Shown: one piece after another, positions 1 to 8,814 of the stretch
Numbering within the stretch: position 1 is the stretch's first letter
How the letters are laid out: each line of letters starts with the position of its first letter
NCBI RefSeq assembly: GCF_003324675.1
Contig: NZ_CP030918.1
Coordinates: 2,280,001-2,312,000, forward strand
Direction of reading: 5' to 3'
Length of the DNA stretch: 32,000 nucleotides
Origin: Paracoccus suum
Lineage (GTDB): Bacteria; Pseudomonadota; Alphaproteobacteria; Rhodobacterales; Rhodobacteraceae
Made by a program: the position numbers and the translations under genes
The notes under the pieces: model-generated
The model's input: only the letters and a program-made list of their open reading frames with translations
What the model was told of the DNA's origin: nothing
The model's database searches: none

Positions 1-233
1 TCGCTGGAATCGTGAACCCCCCGGGGCGGATCAAATACGGCCATTATACCTCGGGGGCAGGGTTCGGGGGTAGCGCCCAAACCTGGCGCGACGCGGCCCG
101 GTTTCTTGAGGGCAGTTGGTGGCCGACCTGGGGCGAATGGTTGGCGCCGCGCTCGGGCGGGATGGTGGCGGCGCGCGATCCCGGCGAGGGCCTCGCCCCG
201 GCGCCTGGGACCTACGTCCACCAGCCGGCATAA
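1..233 (+). CDS. phaC: C-terminal end of class I poly(3-hydroxyalkanoate) synthase (5' end lies outside the window)
   Basis: Frame 3 is open from the window edge. The translation AGIVNPPGRIKYGHY...EGSWWPTWGEWLAPRSGG...APGTYVHQPA* matches the conserved PhaC C-terminus (IAGxxNPP, GSWWPxW, APGxYV). Phasin and phaR follow immediately. Confidence 0.85.
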   Translation, partial: AGIVNPPGRIKYGHYTSGAGFGGSAQTWRDAARFLEGSWWPTWGEWLAPRSGGMVAARDPGEGLAPAPGTYVHQPA

Positions 234-236
234 TTT

Positions 237-253
237 ATGCTGCGTTGCAGCAT
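237..253. promoter_or_regulatory. Candidate PhaR operator 1 (ATGCTGC-GTT-GCAGCAT, contains CTGC-N3-GCAG)
   Basis: 17-bp near-perfect palindrome read directly from the sequence. The core CTGC-N3-GCAG is the palindrome type reported for PhaR binding in Rhodobacter/Paracoccus phaP promoters. It lies between phaC and phaP. Confidence 0.55.
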
Positions 254-259
254 TGGAGC

Positions 260-288
260 TTGAAATGCTGCAACGCAGCATGTATTGT
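260..288 (+). promoter_or_regulatory. Putative sigma70-type phaP promoter (TTGAAA-17 nt-TATTGT)
   Basis: TTGAAA at 260-265 and TATTGT at 283-288 with a 17-nt spacer. About 50 nt upstream of the phaP ATG. Operator 2 occupies the spacer. Confidence 0.4.
265..281. promoter_or_regulatory. Candidate PhaR operator 2 (ATGCTGC-AAC-GCAGCAT), exact reverse complement of operator 1
   Basis: Second 17-bp copy located 11 bp after the first. It fills the spacer between the putative -35 and -10 elements of phaP. Confidence 0.55.
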
Positions 289-341
289 CCTGTCATCCGA
301 TCCCCGAGTCGCACCGCGACGCTGACCCAAGGAAGACAGCC

Positions 342-839
342 ATGCTCAAGCCCGCCGACTACACCCGCGCCATGCAGGACGTCATGTCGAACCTGCCGGT
401 TGACACCTCGTCGATGCGCGATGCCCTGCGCACCCAGACCGCCCTTGGCGAAAAGATGTCGCGCGTTGCCCTCGAGGCCGCCGAGCGTTCGACCGAAGTG
501 TCGTCGCGCTGGGCCAAGGACACGATCGCCCGTCTGGGCGAGCTGTCCTCCGCCAAGGAGCAGCCGGCTGACTACACCAAGGCGATGAGCGATTTCGCCA
601 CTGCCGCGGCCGAACTGGCTGCCGAGCATATGGCTGCCTATGCCGAGATCGCCAAGAAAGTTCAGATGGAAACCGTTGATCTGATGCTGACCGCCGGCAA
701 GGACATCGCCGCTGACGCGCAGAACACCGCCAAGTCGGTTGCCGAGAACGTCAGCCGTCAGGCCGAGGCCGCGACCCGCAACGTCCAGGGCGCCGTCAAC
801 GCCGGTGCCAAGGCCGCGGCCGACAACGCCAAGTCCTGA
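342..839 (+). CDS. phaP: Phasin (PHA granule-associated protein), 165 aa
   Basis: Ala/Glu/Lys-rich helical protein (MLKPADYTRAMQDVMSNLPVD...AAELAAEHMAAYAEIAKKVQMETVDLM...) typical of the alphaproteobacterial phasin family. Start moved to the ATG at 342, which follows GGAAG. Flanked by phaC and phaR. Confidence 0.85.
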   Translation: MLKPADYTRAMQDVMSNLPVDTSSMRDALRTQTALGEKMSRVALEAAERSTEVSSRWAKDTIARLGELSSAKEQPADYTKAMSDFATAAAELAAEHMAAYAEIAKKVQMETVDLMLTAGKDIAADAQNTAKSVAENVSRQAEAATRNVQGAVNAGAKAAADNAKS

Positions 840-857
840 TCTCGATCACTGCATGAT

Positions 858-900
858 GCGGGCTTTGCCCGCAGGAACGGGGGCGGGCAACTGCCCCCGT
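858..900 (+). terminator. Two GC hairpins downstream of phaP (GCGGGC-TTT-GCCCGC at 858-872; ACGGGGGC-N8-GCCCCCGT at 877-900)
   Basis: Perfect 6-bp and 8-bp stems begin 19 nt after the phaP stop. There is no clear U-tract, so the terminator call is tentative. Confidence 0.4.
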
Positions 901-953
901 TCGCATATCCGGACGGCCTGGTTCGGTTAGCATGCCTGCCCTGACGCCGCGCT

Positions 954-967
954 ACCGCAATTGCGGT
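954..967. promoter_or_regulatory. 14-bp perfect palindrome ACCGCAATTGCGGT upstream of phaR
   Basis: Seen directly, about 50-60 bp upstream of the phaR start. Could be an autoregulatory or other operator. It is not the CTGC-N3-GCAG type. Confidence 0.25.
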
Positions 968-1016
968 TGGCATTTGCCGGGGCAGGGGACAAAATCGCCA
1001 TTCCCAACTTGCGAGG

Positions 1017-1637
1017 ATGCGGATGTCCGATCCCAGCCCAGCCCCATCTGACGTACCCGAAGCGCGCCCCGCGCTGCTGATCAAGCGCTACGCCAGCCGC
1101 CGCCTCTACAACACCGAGACCAGCGATTACGTCACGCTCGAGGATATCGCGGCCGTGATCCGTGCCGGTCGCGAGGTCCGGATCGTGGACCTGAAATCAG
1201 GTGACGACCTGACCCGCCAGTATCTGCTGCAGATCATCGTCGAACACGAAAGCCGCGGCGAGAGCATCCTGCCGGTCGACGTGCTGACCGACCTGGTGCG
1301 CAGCTATGCGGGCAACGCCCAGAGTGTGGTGCCGCAATTCCTTGCCGCCAGCTTCGAGATGCTGCGCCAGGGCCAGACACGTATGCTCGAGAACCTGGCC
1401 AGCTTTCCCGCCCCGCTGGCGGTCCCCGGCCTCGACGCGCTCCCGGGGCTGGAGGCGCTGCGCCGCCAGCAGCAAAAGTTCCTGCAGGCGATGACCGCCA
1501 CCTGGCCCACCGCGTCGAGCGGCCCCGAGCCCGACGACGAGGACCCGCCCGGGAAAGCCGCGGCTACCGACCCTGACGAAATGGCCGAGATCCGCCGCCA
1601 GTTGGCCGAATTGCAGTCACGCATCGGCAAGCTCTGA
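1017..1637 (+). CDS. phaR: Polyhydroxyalkanoate synthesis repressor PhaR
   Basis: [61 protein letters not shown] is the hallmark PhaR N-terminal DNA-binding domain. The alternative ATG at 1023 has better spacing to GAGGA (1013-1017). Confidence 0.9.
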   Translation: MRMSDPSPAPSDVPEARPALLIKRYASRRLYNTETSDYVTLEDIAAVIRAGREVRIVDLKSGDDLTRQYLLQIIVEHESRGESILPVDVLTDLVRSYAGNAQSVVPQFLAASFEMLRQGQTRMLENLASFPAPLAVPGLDALPGLEALRRQQQKFLQAMTATWPTASSGPEPDDEDPPGKAAATDPDEMAEIRRQLAELQSRIGKL

Positions 1638-1675
1638 CTTGCGGGCCTGAACGCGTCCGGCTAGACGACCCTGAC

Positions 1676-1765
1676 GGAGCGGTGGCCGAGTGGTCGAAGG
1701 CGCACGCCTGGAAAGTGTGTAGGCGGGGAACCGTCTCGAGGGTTCGAATCCCTCTCGCTCCGCCA
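1676..1765 (+). tRNA. tRNA-Ser (anticodon GGA), 90 nt, CCA encoded
   Basis: Folded by hand. Acceptor stem GGAGCGG/TCGCTCC (one G-U pair), D arm GCC-GAGTGGTCGAA-GGC, anticodon stem CACGC/GTGTG with loop CTGGAAA, a long variable arm, T arm GAGGG-TTCGAAT-CCCTC, discriminator G and CCA. Confidence 0.93.
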
Positions 1766-1813
1766 GAATTCAGATTGCTAACCTGACCCCACCTCGCGGT
1801 CCGTGCCCGCGCG

Positions 1814-2584
1814 TTACCTGCTCAGCATGTCCGAATGGACCGCCGCATCCAGCCTGGTCATGAAGTTCTCGGCCTCGCACATATGCTTTGCCATGATCCC
1901 CGATACGGCGGCACGGTCGTTCGCCCGGAACGCGTCAAGCAACCGCCGGTGGCTTTCTAGGTTCGCCTGGGCGAAGGCGGCGTGTTCGTCGTGGCTGTTG
2001 CTGCGGAACTCGACCAGATCGCGCAAAAGGCCATTCACGAAATGGCAGATGAAGACCAGCAGCGGGTTCGGGCAGCTTTCGCACAGAAGGTCGTGGAAGG
2101 TCAGCTCCAGATGCCGGGCCTTGGTGCGCTCGCCGGCGGCGAGGGCGGCGACGCAGCTCTCGATGTTCTCTTCCAACCGTGTGAGCTGCGTCTCGTCCAG
2201 CTTGCCGACGACGCTTTCGGCCAGCGTGACCTCCAGGCTGTGGCGGATCGCGTAGACCTCTTCGAAATCCAGCGACTGAAAATGCAGATAGGTCCGCAGT
2301 TGCTGGGTCACCGCGTCGATGGAAACCGGCCGGATCACCGCGCCGCCATTGGGCCCGGTCTGCATTTCGACAAGCCCTTGGACTTCCAAGACTTTCAGGG
2401 CTTCGCGGATCGTCCCCTTGGCACAGCGGTAATGCTGCATCAGAGTCTTCTCGTTCGGCAGCCGGTCGCCGGGCTTCAGCCCCTCGCGCGCGATCCAGTT
2501 CAGCAAGTCCTCTGAAATCAGGTTTGAAAGCTTGGCGCGCCGCGGGCGGTCGACCTCGTCCCGTGCTGCTGGTGCCTGCATCAT
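1814..2584 (-). CDS. GntR-family transcriptional regulator (FadR/FCD subfamily), 256 aa
   Basis: Winged-HTH region [63 protein letters not shown] followed by an all-helical C-terminal domain. Start set at ATG 2584, which overlaps the upstream TGA as ATGA. The longer ORF-track N-terminus is Arg/Ser-rich and overlaps the neighbouring gene. Confidence 0.85.
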   Translation of the reverse strand: MMQAPAARDEVDRPRRAKLSNLISEDLLNWIAREGLKPGDRLPNEKTLMQHYRCAKGTIREALKVLEVQGLVEMQTGPNGGAVIRPVSIDAVTQQLRTYLHFQSLDFEEVYAIRHSLEVTLAESVVGKLDETQLTRLEENIESCVAALAAGERTKARHLELTFHDLLCESCPNPLLVFICHFVNGLLRDLVEFRSNSHDEHAAFAQANLESHRRLLDAFRANDRAAVSGIMAKHMCEAENFMTRLDAAVHSDMLSR

Positions 2585-4101
2585 GATAAGCGCGCCTCTG
2601 CGATCCATTCCGTGTCCGGATCGAGAGGATAGATCGGGCGCGCGAGATGTTCGAACGAGAAAAGCCCGAAATCGGAACTGGTGACGCCAAGGCTGGCACA
2701 TTCGACCAAGGCCTTTGACAGCGGCTCGAACACCGGACGGCAATACATGCGCGACTTCAGGATCAGGAAGCGGGCCTTAAGCGGATCGATCCGCATGGAG
2801 GTGAAAACCCCGAGGTCCCAAGGCTCGTGCGGCTCCTCCGAGACGAGGATCAGCGCCTGCGGGGTTTCCAGCACGGCGGCCCGGCCCATGCTGCAGCGCA
2901 TGCCGGTGTAGGTCGGCCCGCTGATGACGTATGCGCCCTCGCCAAGGGCGCGGACGGTCCCGGTCAGTTCCAGCGGCGGCTTGTCCACGCCGATCTTGGG
3001 CAGATGCCAGGTATTGCCGAGGCCGAGGGTGACCGTGCTGCCGACCCCGGCCTCGGTCATGCGTGCCACCGCCTCGGCATCGCAGATCGGGCCGGCGATG
3101 ATGCCGCGAAGGCCCTGGCGCAGCGCCTCGGCCAGGACGTCCATGCGATCGCAGGTGCCGCCGGACATGCAGTTGTCGCCATGATCGAGCATCAGCACGG
3201 GGCCGTCCTGGCCCGCCGCGGCATCGGCCGCAGCGGCTGCGGCCGCGACCGATTGGCTGAGCGGTTCCTCGACGTAAACCAACCCCTCCCGGTCGGCCCA
3301 GATGTCCGTGCCAAGGCGCTTGGCCACATCCGAGGCGACCTCGCCCGTCTCGGCGATCACGACGACGGAGACGCCGGCCTCTGCGAGGTCGGCGATCGAA
3401 AAGCCGCCGAAGACGCTGACCGCGAGGACGCCGGGCTGCCGTTCGGCGGCGCGGGCCGCGGCGATGGCATCCTGCATGGCGCCGGGCACCCCGGTGTTCA
3501 TCTGCAGGGTCTGGGCCAGCAGCGGCGGGTGCGACAGGGCGCGGGCGGGGGCGATGCCTTCGTCGAGCATCCGACCGATCAGCCGGGCGACGTGCTGCCC
3601 GGTCTCGACCATGTCGACATGGGGATAAGTCTTGAAGCCCACGAGTAGATCGGCGTTGTCGAGCATCCGGCCGGTGATGTTGCCGTGCAGGTCGAGCGCC
3701 ACGCCGATGGGAATGCCCGGCGCGGCGGCCCGAACACGCTCCAGCAACTCGCCCTCGCCGTCATGGAGGCTTTCCGTGACCATCGCGCCGTGCAGGTCGA
3801 GCAGGATGGCGTCGCAGCCCAGCGCGACTGCGTCCACAATCGCCGCCGCCATCGTCTCGAATGCCTCATCTGAAACCGGCCCACTGGGATTGGCGTGGGC
3901 ATAGACCGGGGTCGCGACTTCGGCGCCACGCGCGCGGGCAAAGTCGAGGAAGGCGCCCATCGAGGTGATCGAACCCTCTGCCGCCGCGCGGGCCTCCTCG
4001 CCAAAGTGCGGCGAGAAGGCTTCGAGCGGCGTCGGCAGCGGCGAGAAGGTGTTGGTCTCGTGATTCAGGCGGGCGATGACAAAACGCAAATTGTTCTCCA
4101 C
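2581..4101 (-). CDS. M81-family metallopeptidase (MlrC/microcystinase C-like), 506 aa, GTG start
   Basis: N-terminus RFVIARLNHETNTFSP and the overall length and architecture are typical of the MlrC N- plus C-terminal domain family. The GTG start lies 3 nt after the LivF-like stop. Confidence 0.8.
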   Translation of the reverse strand: MENNLRFVIARLNHETNTFSPLPTPLEAFSPHFGEEARAAAEGSITSMGAFLDFARARGAEVATPVYAHANPSGPVSDEAFETMAAAIVDAVALGCDAILLDLHGAMVTESLHDGEGELLERVRAAAPGIPIGVALDLHGNITGRMLDNADLLVGFKTYPHVDMVETGQHVARLIGRMLDEGIAPARALSHPPLLAQTLQMNTGVPGAMQDAIAAARAAERQPGVLAVSVFGGFSIADLAEAGVSVVVIAETGEVASDVAKRLGTDIWADREGLVYVEEPLSQSVAAAAAAADAAAGQDGPVLMLDHGDNCMSGGTCDRMDVLAEALRQGLRGIIAGPICDAEAVARMTEAGVGSTVTLGLGNTWHLPKIGVDKPPLELTGTVRALGEGAYVISGPTYTGMRCSMGRAAVLETPQALILVSEEPHEPWDLGVFTSMRIDPLKARFLILKSRMYCRPVFEPLSKALVECASLGVTSSDFGLFSFEHLARPIYPLDPDTEWIAEARLS

Positions 4102-4104
4102 TGC

Positions 4105-4815
4105 TTACTGGGCGCCGACGCCGAGGTATCGGTCCTTGACCGCATCGTCGCTGGCAAACTCCGCGCGCGTGCCCTCGTAAGCGATTCGCCCCAGTTCAAG
4201 GATGTAGTGCCGGTCGGCGAGTTCTGTGCAGACGGCGAGGTTCTGTTCGACCAGCAGGATGGGAATGCCGCTGGAACGGATCTGCTTGATCTGGGCGACG
4301 ATCTCGTCGACGACGACCGGCGCCAGGCCCTCGACCGGCTCGTCCAGCATCAGCAGCTTGGGCCCGTTCACCAGGGCGCGGGCGATGGCGAGCATCTGCT
4401 GCTCGCCGCCGGACAGTTGCGCCCCGCCATTGCGCTTGCGCTCCTCCAGCCGCGGGAAGTTGCGGTAGACGTCGGCCAGCGACCACAGCGAGTCCTTGCG
4501 CTGCGCGATCCGCAGGTTCTCCTCGACCGTCAGAAGGCCGAAGATGCCCCGGTCCTCTGGGACAAGCGACAGCCCGCGGCCGGCGATCTGGTGCGGCTTG
4601 ATCCCGGCGATGTCCTTTCCGTCGAAGGTGATGCGGCCGCCGGCCGGGGCGACGAGGCCGCTGATGGTCTTCAGCGTCGTCGATTTGCCGGCGCCGTTGC
4701 GGCCCAGCAGGGTGACAACCTCGCCCGGCGCGACGCGCAGCGAGACGCCCTGAAGGATGTGGCTCTTGCCGTAGTAGGCATGCACATCCTCGATCTCGAG
4801 TGCGGCCCCGCTCAT
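4105..4815 (-). CDS. Branched-chain amino acid (HAAT family) ABC transporter ATP-binding protein, LivF-like
   Basis: Walker A GRNGAGKST, signature LSGGEQQML, Walker B LLMLDEP. 4-nt overlap with the upstream gene. Confidence 0.9.
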   Translation of the reverse strand: MSGAALEIEDVHAYYGKSHILQGVSLRVAPGEVVTLLGRNGAGKSTTLKTISGLVAPAGGRITFDGKDIAGIKPHQIAGRGLSLVPEDRGIFGLLTVEENLRIAQRKDSLWSLADVYRNFPRLEERKRNGGAQLSGGEQQMLAIARALVNGPKLLMLDEPVEGLAPVVVDEIVAQIKQIRSSGIPILLVEQNLAVCTELADRHYILELGRIAYEGTRAEFASDDAVKDRYLGVGAQ

Positions 4816-5579
4816 GCGTGCCCCCCCGTCATCATCGAGCCGAGATAGGCGCGGCGCACGGCAGGGTTGTCGCGGATCTCGGCCGGCGTTCCCTCGACCA
4901 GCGTACGACCGGATTGCATGACGGTAATCCTGTCGCTGATGTCCATGACAATGCCCATGTTATGCTCGATTAGGATCACGGTGTGATCGCGCCCCAGATC
5001 GGCGATCAGGCGCTTCATCGAGCCGATGTCGTCTATGCCCATGCCCGAGGTCGGCTCGTCCAGGAGAATCAGGCGAGGTTTTGACGCCATCGCCATGCCG
5101 ACCTCCAGCCGCCGCTGCTGGCCGTGGGACAGCTCGCCCGCCGCGCGGTCGGCCACCCGGCTGAGGTCGAGGCGCTGCATCAGGGCGTCGGCGGTGGCCA
5201 GGGCCTCGCTGTTGGCCTCGGCCGCCTGCCACATCCGCAGCGCCTGCCAGGGTGTCCGCCCTTGGGCGGCCAGCCGCAGGTTCTCGCGCACGGGCAGGCT
5301 CTGGAAGAGGCTCGTCACCTGGAATGACCGCGCGAGGCCCATGCGGACCCGCTGATCGTCGCTGAGGGGCGTGATGTTCTGGCCGCCGAACATGATCCGG
5401 CCCGAACTTGCCCGGACGCTGCCGGTCAGCGCGTGAAACAGCGTGGTCTTGCCCGCGCCGTTCGGGCCGATGATCGAATGAACGGTGTTGGGCCGGATGT
5501 TCAGGTCGACATCGCTGAGCGCGGCGAAGCTGCCGTATTTGACGCCGAGACCTTTCGAGACCAGCAGATCCTGGGTCAT
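4812..5579 (-). CDS. HAAT-family ABC transporter ATP-binding protein, LivG-like
   Basis: Walker A GPNGAGKTT, signature LSHGQQRRL, Walker B LILLDEPTSG. LivG-type C-terminal extension (AEIRDNPAVRRAYLG). Confidence 0.9.
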   Translation of the reverse strand: MTQDLLVSKGLGVKYGSFAALSDVDLNIRPNTVHSIIGPNGAGKTTLFHALTGSVRASSGRIMFGGQNITPLSDDQRVRMGLARSFQVTSLFQSLPVRENLRLAAQGRTPWQALRMWQAAEANSEALATADALMQRLDLSRVADRAAGELSHGQQRRLEVGMAMASKPRLILLDEPTSGMGIDDIGSMKRLIADLGRDHTVILIEHNMGIVMDISDRITVMQSGRTLVEGTPAEIRDNPAVRRAYLGSMMTGGHA

Positions 5580-6562
5580 CTCGGCTCCTCCGCCCGGTCA
5601 GCGGGCGTCTGCGCCGCCGGACTGCGCCGCTCGGCCGCGAGGCCGACGAGGCGTTCGACAAGACCCCAGATGCCTTTCTGCATGAACAGCGCCAGCGCGA
5701 TCAGAAGCACCCCCAGCAGCAGCAGCCACCGCGGCCAGATCGCCGACAGCGTGTCGGAGACGAGGACAAAGAACCCGGCGCCAAGCACCGAGGCGAACAG
5801 GCTGCCGGTGCCGCCGATGATCGTCATGATCAGCAGGCTCTCGCTGAGGTGGTAGTCGATGTTGGCGAGTGGCGCGATGCCGATGAGGAGGGCGTGGAGG
5901 CCGCCGGCAAGGCCGGTGACGCCGCCCGAGATAGCGAAGGCGGCAATCTTGAAGGCGCGGACCGGAAAGCCGATGGCCTGCGCCCGCGCGCCGTTGTCGC
6001 GGATGGCGAGCAGCGTGCGGCCGAAGGTGGAACTCGCCACCCGCTGCAGGCCGGCAAAGACCAGCAGGAACAGCACCGCGACAAAGCCGTAGAACGTCCA
6101 CGAGTCTGCCAGCCGTAATGGCCCGATATTCGAACGCGGGATTCCCAGCAGGCCGTTGTCTCCGCCGGTGATGCCGCTGAAGGTATAGGCGAGGAAGTAA
6201 AAGAACTGCGCGAAGGCGAGCGTCAGCATGACGAAGTAGACACCTTGCCGCCGGATCGCGAGCCACCCGATGCCGATCGCGACGATTGCGCCAAGCACCA
6301 CAGCGAAGGCGAGTGCGATCAGCGGCGACAGCGCGGTATGCACCAGCGTCAGCCCCAGCGTATAGCTGCCGATGCCGAAGAAGACGCCCTGCCCGATGGA
6401 CAGAAGGCCGGTGTAGCCGAGCAGCAGGTTGCAGGCGGCAGCGGCGATCGCGAAGATCAGCACCTCCGAGGCGAGTGTGCCGGAACTGAGGAAGATCGGC
6501 AGCGCGGCCGCGACGAGCACGGCAAGCGCAAACTGGAACAGCGGCTTGTTGATGCTCGTCAT
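5576..6562 (-). CDS. HAAT-family ABC transporter permease, LivM-like
   Basis: Highly hydrophobic multi-span protein with the LivM-type motif LSIGQGVFFGIGSY. 4-nt overlaps on both sides. Confidence 0.85.
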   Translation of the reverse strand: MTSINKPLFQFALAVLVAAALPIFLSSGTLASEVLIFAIAAAACNLLLGYTGLLSIGQGVFFGIGSYTLGLTLVHTALSPLIALAFAVVLGAIVAIGIGWLAIRRQGVYFVMLTLAFAQFFYFLAYTFSGITGGDNGLLGIPRSNIGPLRLADSWTFYGFVAVLFLLVFAGLQRVASSTFGRTLLAIRDNGARAQAIGFPVRAFKIAAFAISGGVTGLAGGLHALLIGIAPLANIDYHLSESLLIMTIIGGTGSLFASVLGAGFFVLVSDTLSAIWPRWLLLLGVLLIALALFMQKGIWGLVERLVGLAAERRSPAAQTPADRAEEPR

Positions 6563-7413
6563 GCGCGCCCCATCAGCCCGCGCGGCATGGCGAGGATGAT
6601 CAGCACCATGGCGAGGTAGACCGCCATGCCCGCACCCTGCGGCCAGATGGTGGTCATCATGCTCTGCACGATGCCGACCAGCAGCCCCGCGATCAGCGCG
6701 CCCGAATAGCTGCCCATGCCGCCGATGACCACAACCACAAAGGCGATGGCGAGCGCCTCGACCCCCATGAAGGGATCGGTCCCGCGAATGGGCGCGGCGA
6801 GGGCGCCGGCAAGCCCGGCCAGACCCGCGCCGAGGGCAAAGACCGCGGTATTGATCCGTTTGATGTCATAGCCCAGCAGCGCGATCATGTCGGCCGATTC
6901 CGAGCCTGCTCGGACCACCGCGCCAAGGCGCGTACCCTCCAGCAACCACCACAGCCCGCCCGCGAGCAGGGCGGTGAAACCGATGACGAACAACCGGTAT
7001 TCCGGGTAGATGAAGCTGCCCAGCATCACGGCGCCGTCGAGGCCGGCCGGTGCCGGAACGCTGGAGCCGATCGGCCCCCAGATGATGATGACCAGTTCCT
7101 GGATGATGAGCGCCAGGCCGATCGTGACAATGATGTGGTAGGTGTGCGGCAGCCGATAGATGCGCCGCAGCAACGACGCCTCGGTCACCGCGGCCAGCAA
7201 GCCGACCAGCAGCGGTGCGACCGCCAACGCGACCCAGAAGCCGAAGCCCATCTGGAACACCGCGAAACAGAAATAGGCGCCGAGCAGGTAAAATGCGCCA
7301 TGCGCGAAGTTCACGAAATGCAGCAAGCCAAAGATGACGCTCAGCCCCACGGCGAGCAGGAAGTAGAGCATCCCCAGTCCGATGCCGTTCATGAGCTGGA
7401 ACAGATAGATCAT
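6559..7413 (-). CDS. HAAT-family ABC transporter permease, LivH-like
   Basis: Hydrophobic multi-span protein starting MIYLFQLMNGIGLGMLYFLLAVGLSVIFG, with VNFAHGAFYLLGAY, a typical LivH N-terminus. Confidence 0.85.
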   Translation of the reverse strand: MIYLFQLMNGIGLGMLYFLLAVGLSVIFGLLHFVNFAHGAFYLLGAYFCFAVFQMGFGFWVALAVAPLLVGLLAAVTEASLLRRIYRLPHTYHIIVTIGLALIIQELVIIIWGPIGSSVPAPAGLDGAVMLGSFIYPEYRLFVIGFTALLAGGLWWLLEGTRLGAVVRAGSESADMIALLGYDIKRINTAVFALGAGLAGLAGALAAPIRGTDPFMGVEALAIAFVVVVIGGMGSYSGALIAGLLVGIVQSMMTTIWPQGAGMAVYLAMVLIILAMPRGLMGRA

Positions 7414-7526
7414 GTCGTTCTCCGCGCGGCGGCTGGAAGGCGGCGCACCGCGGGGTCAGCCGCGGCCGCCCCGGATACGCCGAAGGGTAGGGACCCGCCG
7501 CAGTTGCAACCGCAGCGGGCCGCGCC

Positions 7527-8735
7527 TCAGCCCATCTTGCAGCCGGCTTCTTCGGGCGACAGGAACGACTGGCCCGAACTGATGACGTCGGCGTAGTCGT
7601 CCTTGTCTTTCATGGCGTCCTTCGCCTTGCCCTTCAGCAGGTAGTAATTCTTGATCACCTGATGATCGGCCGCCCGGATTTCCTCGTCGCCCGTCAGGCC
7701 CGGGTATTTCATCCCCTCCAGCGCCTTGGCGACGGCCTCGCCCGTCGTATCGCCGGCCTTGGCCGCGCCGTCGATCAGCAGCTTGGTGATCATGTAAGCG
7801 CTCGCCAGCGAGTAGTTTGGGTTGATCCCGTGCTTGGCCTGCACCGCCTTGACCAGCTCGTTGTTGAAGGGCGTGTCGATGGCATGCCAATACTGCGCGC
7901 CGAAATAGACGTCCTCGCTGATCTCCGGCCCCAGCGCCTCGAACTGCTCCAGCCCGGAGGCCCAGGCGACCAGGATCTTCATGCGGCCCTTCAGGCCGAA
8001 GTTGACGGCCTGGCGCAGCGTCGAGCTGGATTGCGAGCCGAAGTTCAGGATCAGCAGGACGTCGGGCTGGGTGGCGACCGCATTGGTGATGTAGCCGCTG
8101 AACTCTTTTTCATCGAGCGAATGGTAGCTGTTGCCGACATGCTCGATGCCCTTTTCGGCAAAGATCGTTTTGGCGGCGCTCAGCAGACCCTCGCCGAACA
8201 CGTATTGCGGGGTGATGGTGTACCAGCGTTTCGCGTCAGGCAGTTGCTCGATCAGCGGCCGGACGGTCTGGTTGATGGCGCCAAAGGTCGGCACGCTCCA
8301 GCGGAAGGTGCCCTTGTTGCAGTCGCTGCCTGTGATCTCGTCGGCGCCGGCGGTGGTGAAGAACACGCCGCCACGGTTGCTGATTTCCTTGCCCATGGCG
8401 AGGGCTTCGGAGGACAGGATGCCGCCGGCGAACAGCGTCGCCTTTTGCTGCTCCATCGCCTCCTGCACCTTGCGCACGGCGCTTGCGGGCCGGCCCTCGG
8501 TGTTGATTTCCAGATAGGACAGCTTGCGGTCGAGGACCGTGCCCGCCGCTTCGACGGCCATGGCGGTCCCCATCGCGCCGAACTTGCCGTTTGCGGCAAA
8601 GGCGCCCGACATCGGCAACGGCGCGCCGATCGGGATCGTGCCCTCCTGCGCCCAGGCGGCGCGCAACAGGCCGGGCATCGTCAGGCTGGTGGCGGCCAGA
8701 GATGATAGCTTCAGAACCTCGCGGCGATGCAACAT
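7527..8735 (-). CDS. Periplasmic substrate-binding protein of the LIV-type (type I PBP) ABC transporter, with a Tat-like signal
   Basis: N-terminus MLHRREVLKLSSLAATSLTMPGLLRAAWA (RRxxLK twin-arginine-like). About 400 aa and first gene of the liv-type cassette. Strong RBS GGGGAGGAAG. Confidence 0.85.
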   Translation of the reverse strand: MLHRREVLKLSSLAATSLTMPGLLRAAWAQEGTIPIGAPLPMSGAFAANGKFGAMGTAMAVEAAGTVLDRKLSYLEINTEGRPASAVRKVQEAMEQQKATLFAGGILSSEALAMGKEISNRGGVFFTTAGADEITGSDCNKGTFRWSVPTFGAINQTVRPLIEQLPDAKRWYTITPQYVFGEGLLSAAKTIFAEKGIEHVGNSYHSLDEKEFSGYITNAVATQPDVLLILNFGSQSSSTLRQAVNFGLKGRMKILVAWASGLEQFEALGPEISEDVYFGAQYWHAIDTPFNNELVKAVQAKHGINPNYSLASAYMITKLLIDGAAKAGDTTGEAVAKALEGMKYPGLTGDEEIRAADHQVIKNYYLLKGKAKDAMKDKDDYADVISSGQSFLSPEEAGCKMG

Positions 8736-8761
8736 GACTTCCTCCCCAGATTCAGCTTTTG

Positions 8762-8814
8762 ATTATATTAGTACGCATCGATTGTTGCCGGGCAATATCG
8801 TTGTTGGCGGCAAT
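8762..8814 (-). promoter_or_regulatory. Putative promoter/operator region of the ABC-transporter operon: TATAAT (minus strand, 8767-8762) preceded by an imperfect tandem repeat (8777-8796 and 8797-8814)
   Basis: The minus strand reads ATTGCCGCCAACAACGAT ATTGCCCGGCAACAATCGAT gcgtac TAATATAATC. A perfect -10 hexamer sits about 27 nt before the SBP ATG. No good -35 at 17-nt spacing. Confidence 0.3.

Noticed and set aside
2585-2743. N-terminal extension of the GntR ORF to 309 aa. Analogous extensions occur for the VOC ORF (11048-11446), the amidohydrolase ORF (17071-17145), and the permease ORFs starting at 19762 and 20259.
   Set aside because: The extensions overlap upstream genes, are compositionally aberrant, and skip internal ATGs that have proper RBSs or ATGA coupling. 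Shorter starts were chosen.
3895-4848. 317-aa plus-strand ORF antisense to the M81 peptidase and LivF-like genes. The same applies to 7662-8705(+), 2827-3648(+), 14973-15827(+) and 16018-16842(+).
   Set aside because: These have Arg/Gly/Asp/Pro-rich low-complexity translations with no recognisable motifs. Each lies fully inside a motif-supported gene on the opposite strand. Long shadow ORFs like these are expected in DNA of about 67% GC because stop codons are rare.
7414-7526. GC-rich 113-bp intercistronic spacer between the SBP and LivH-like genes as a REP element or strong hairpin
   Set aside because: It has only short stems (CGGGG-N13-CCCCG) and a CCGCAG direct repeat flanking TTGCAA. No copy occurs elsewhere in the window. 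It may modulate mRNA stability but the evidence is insufficient.
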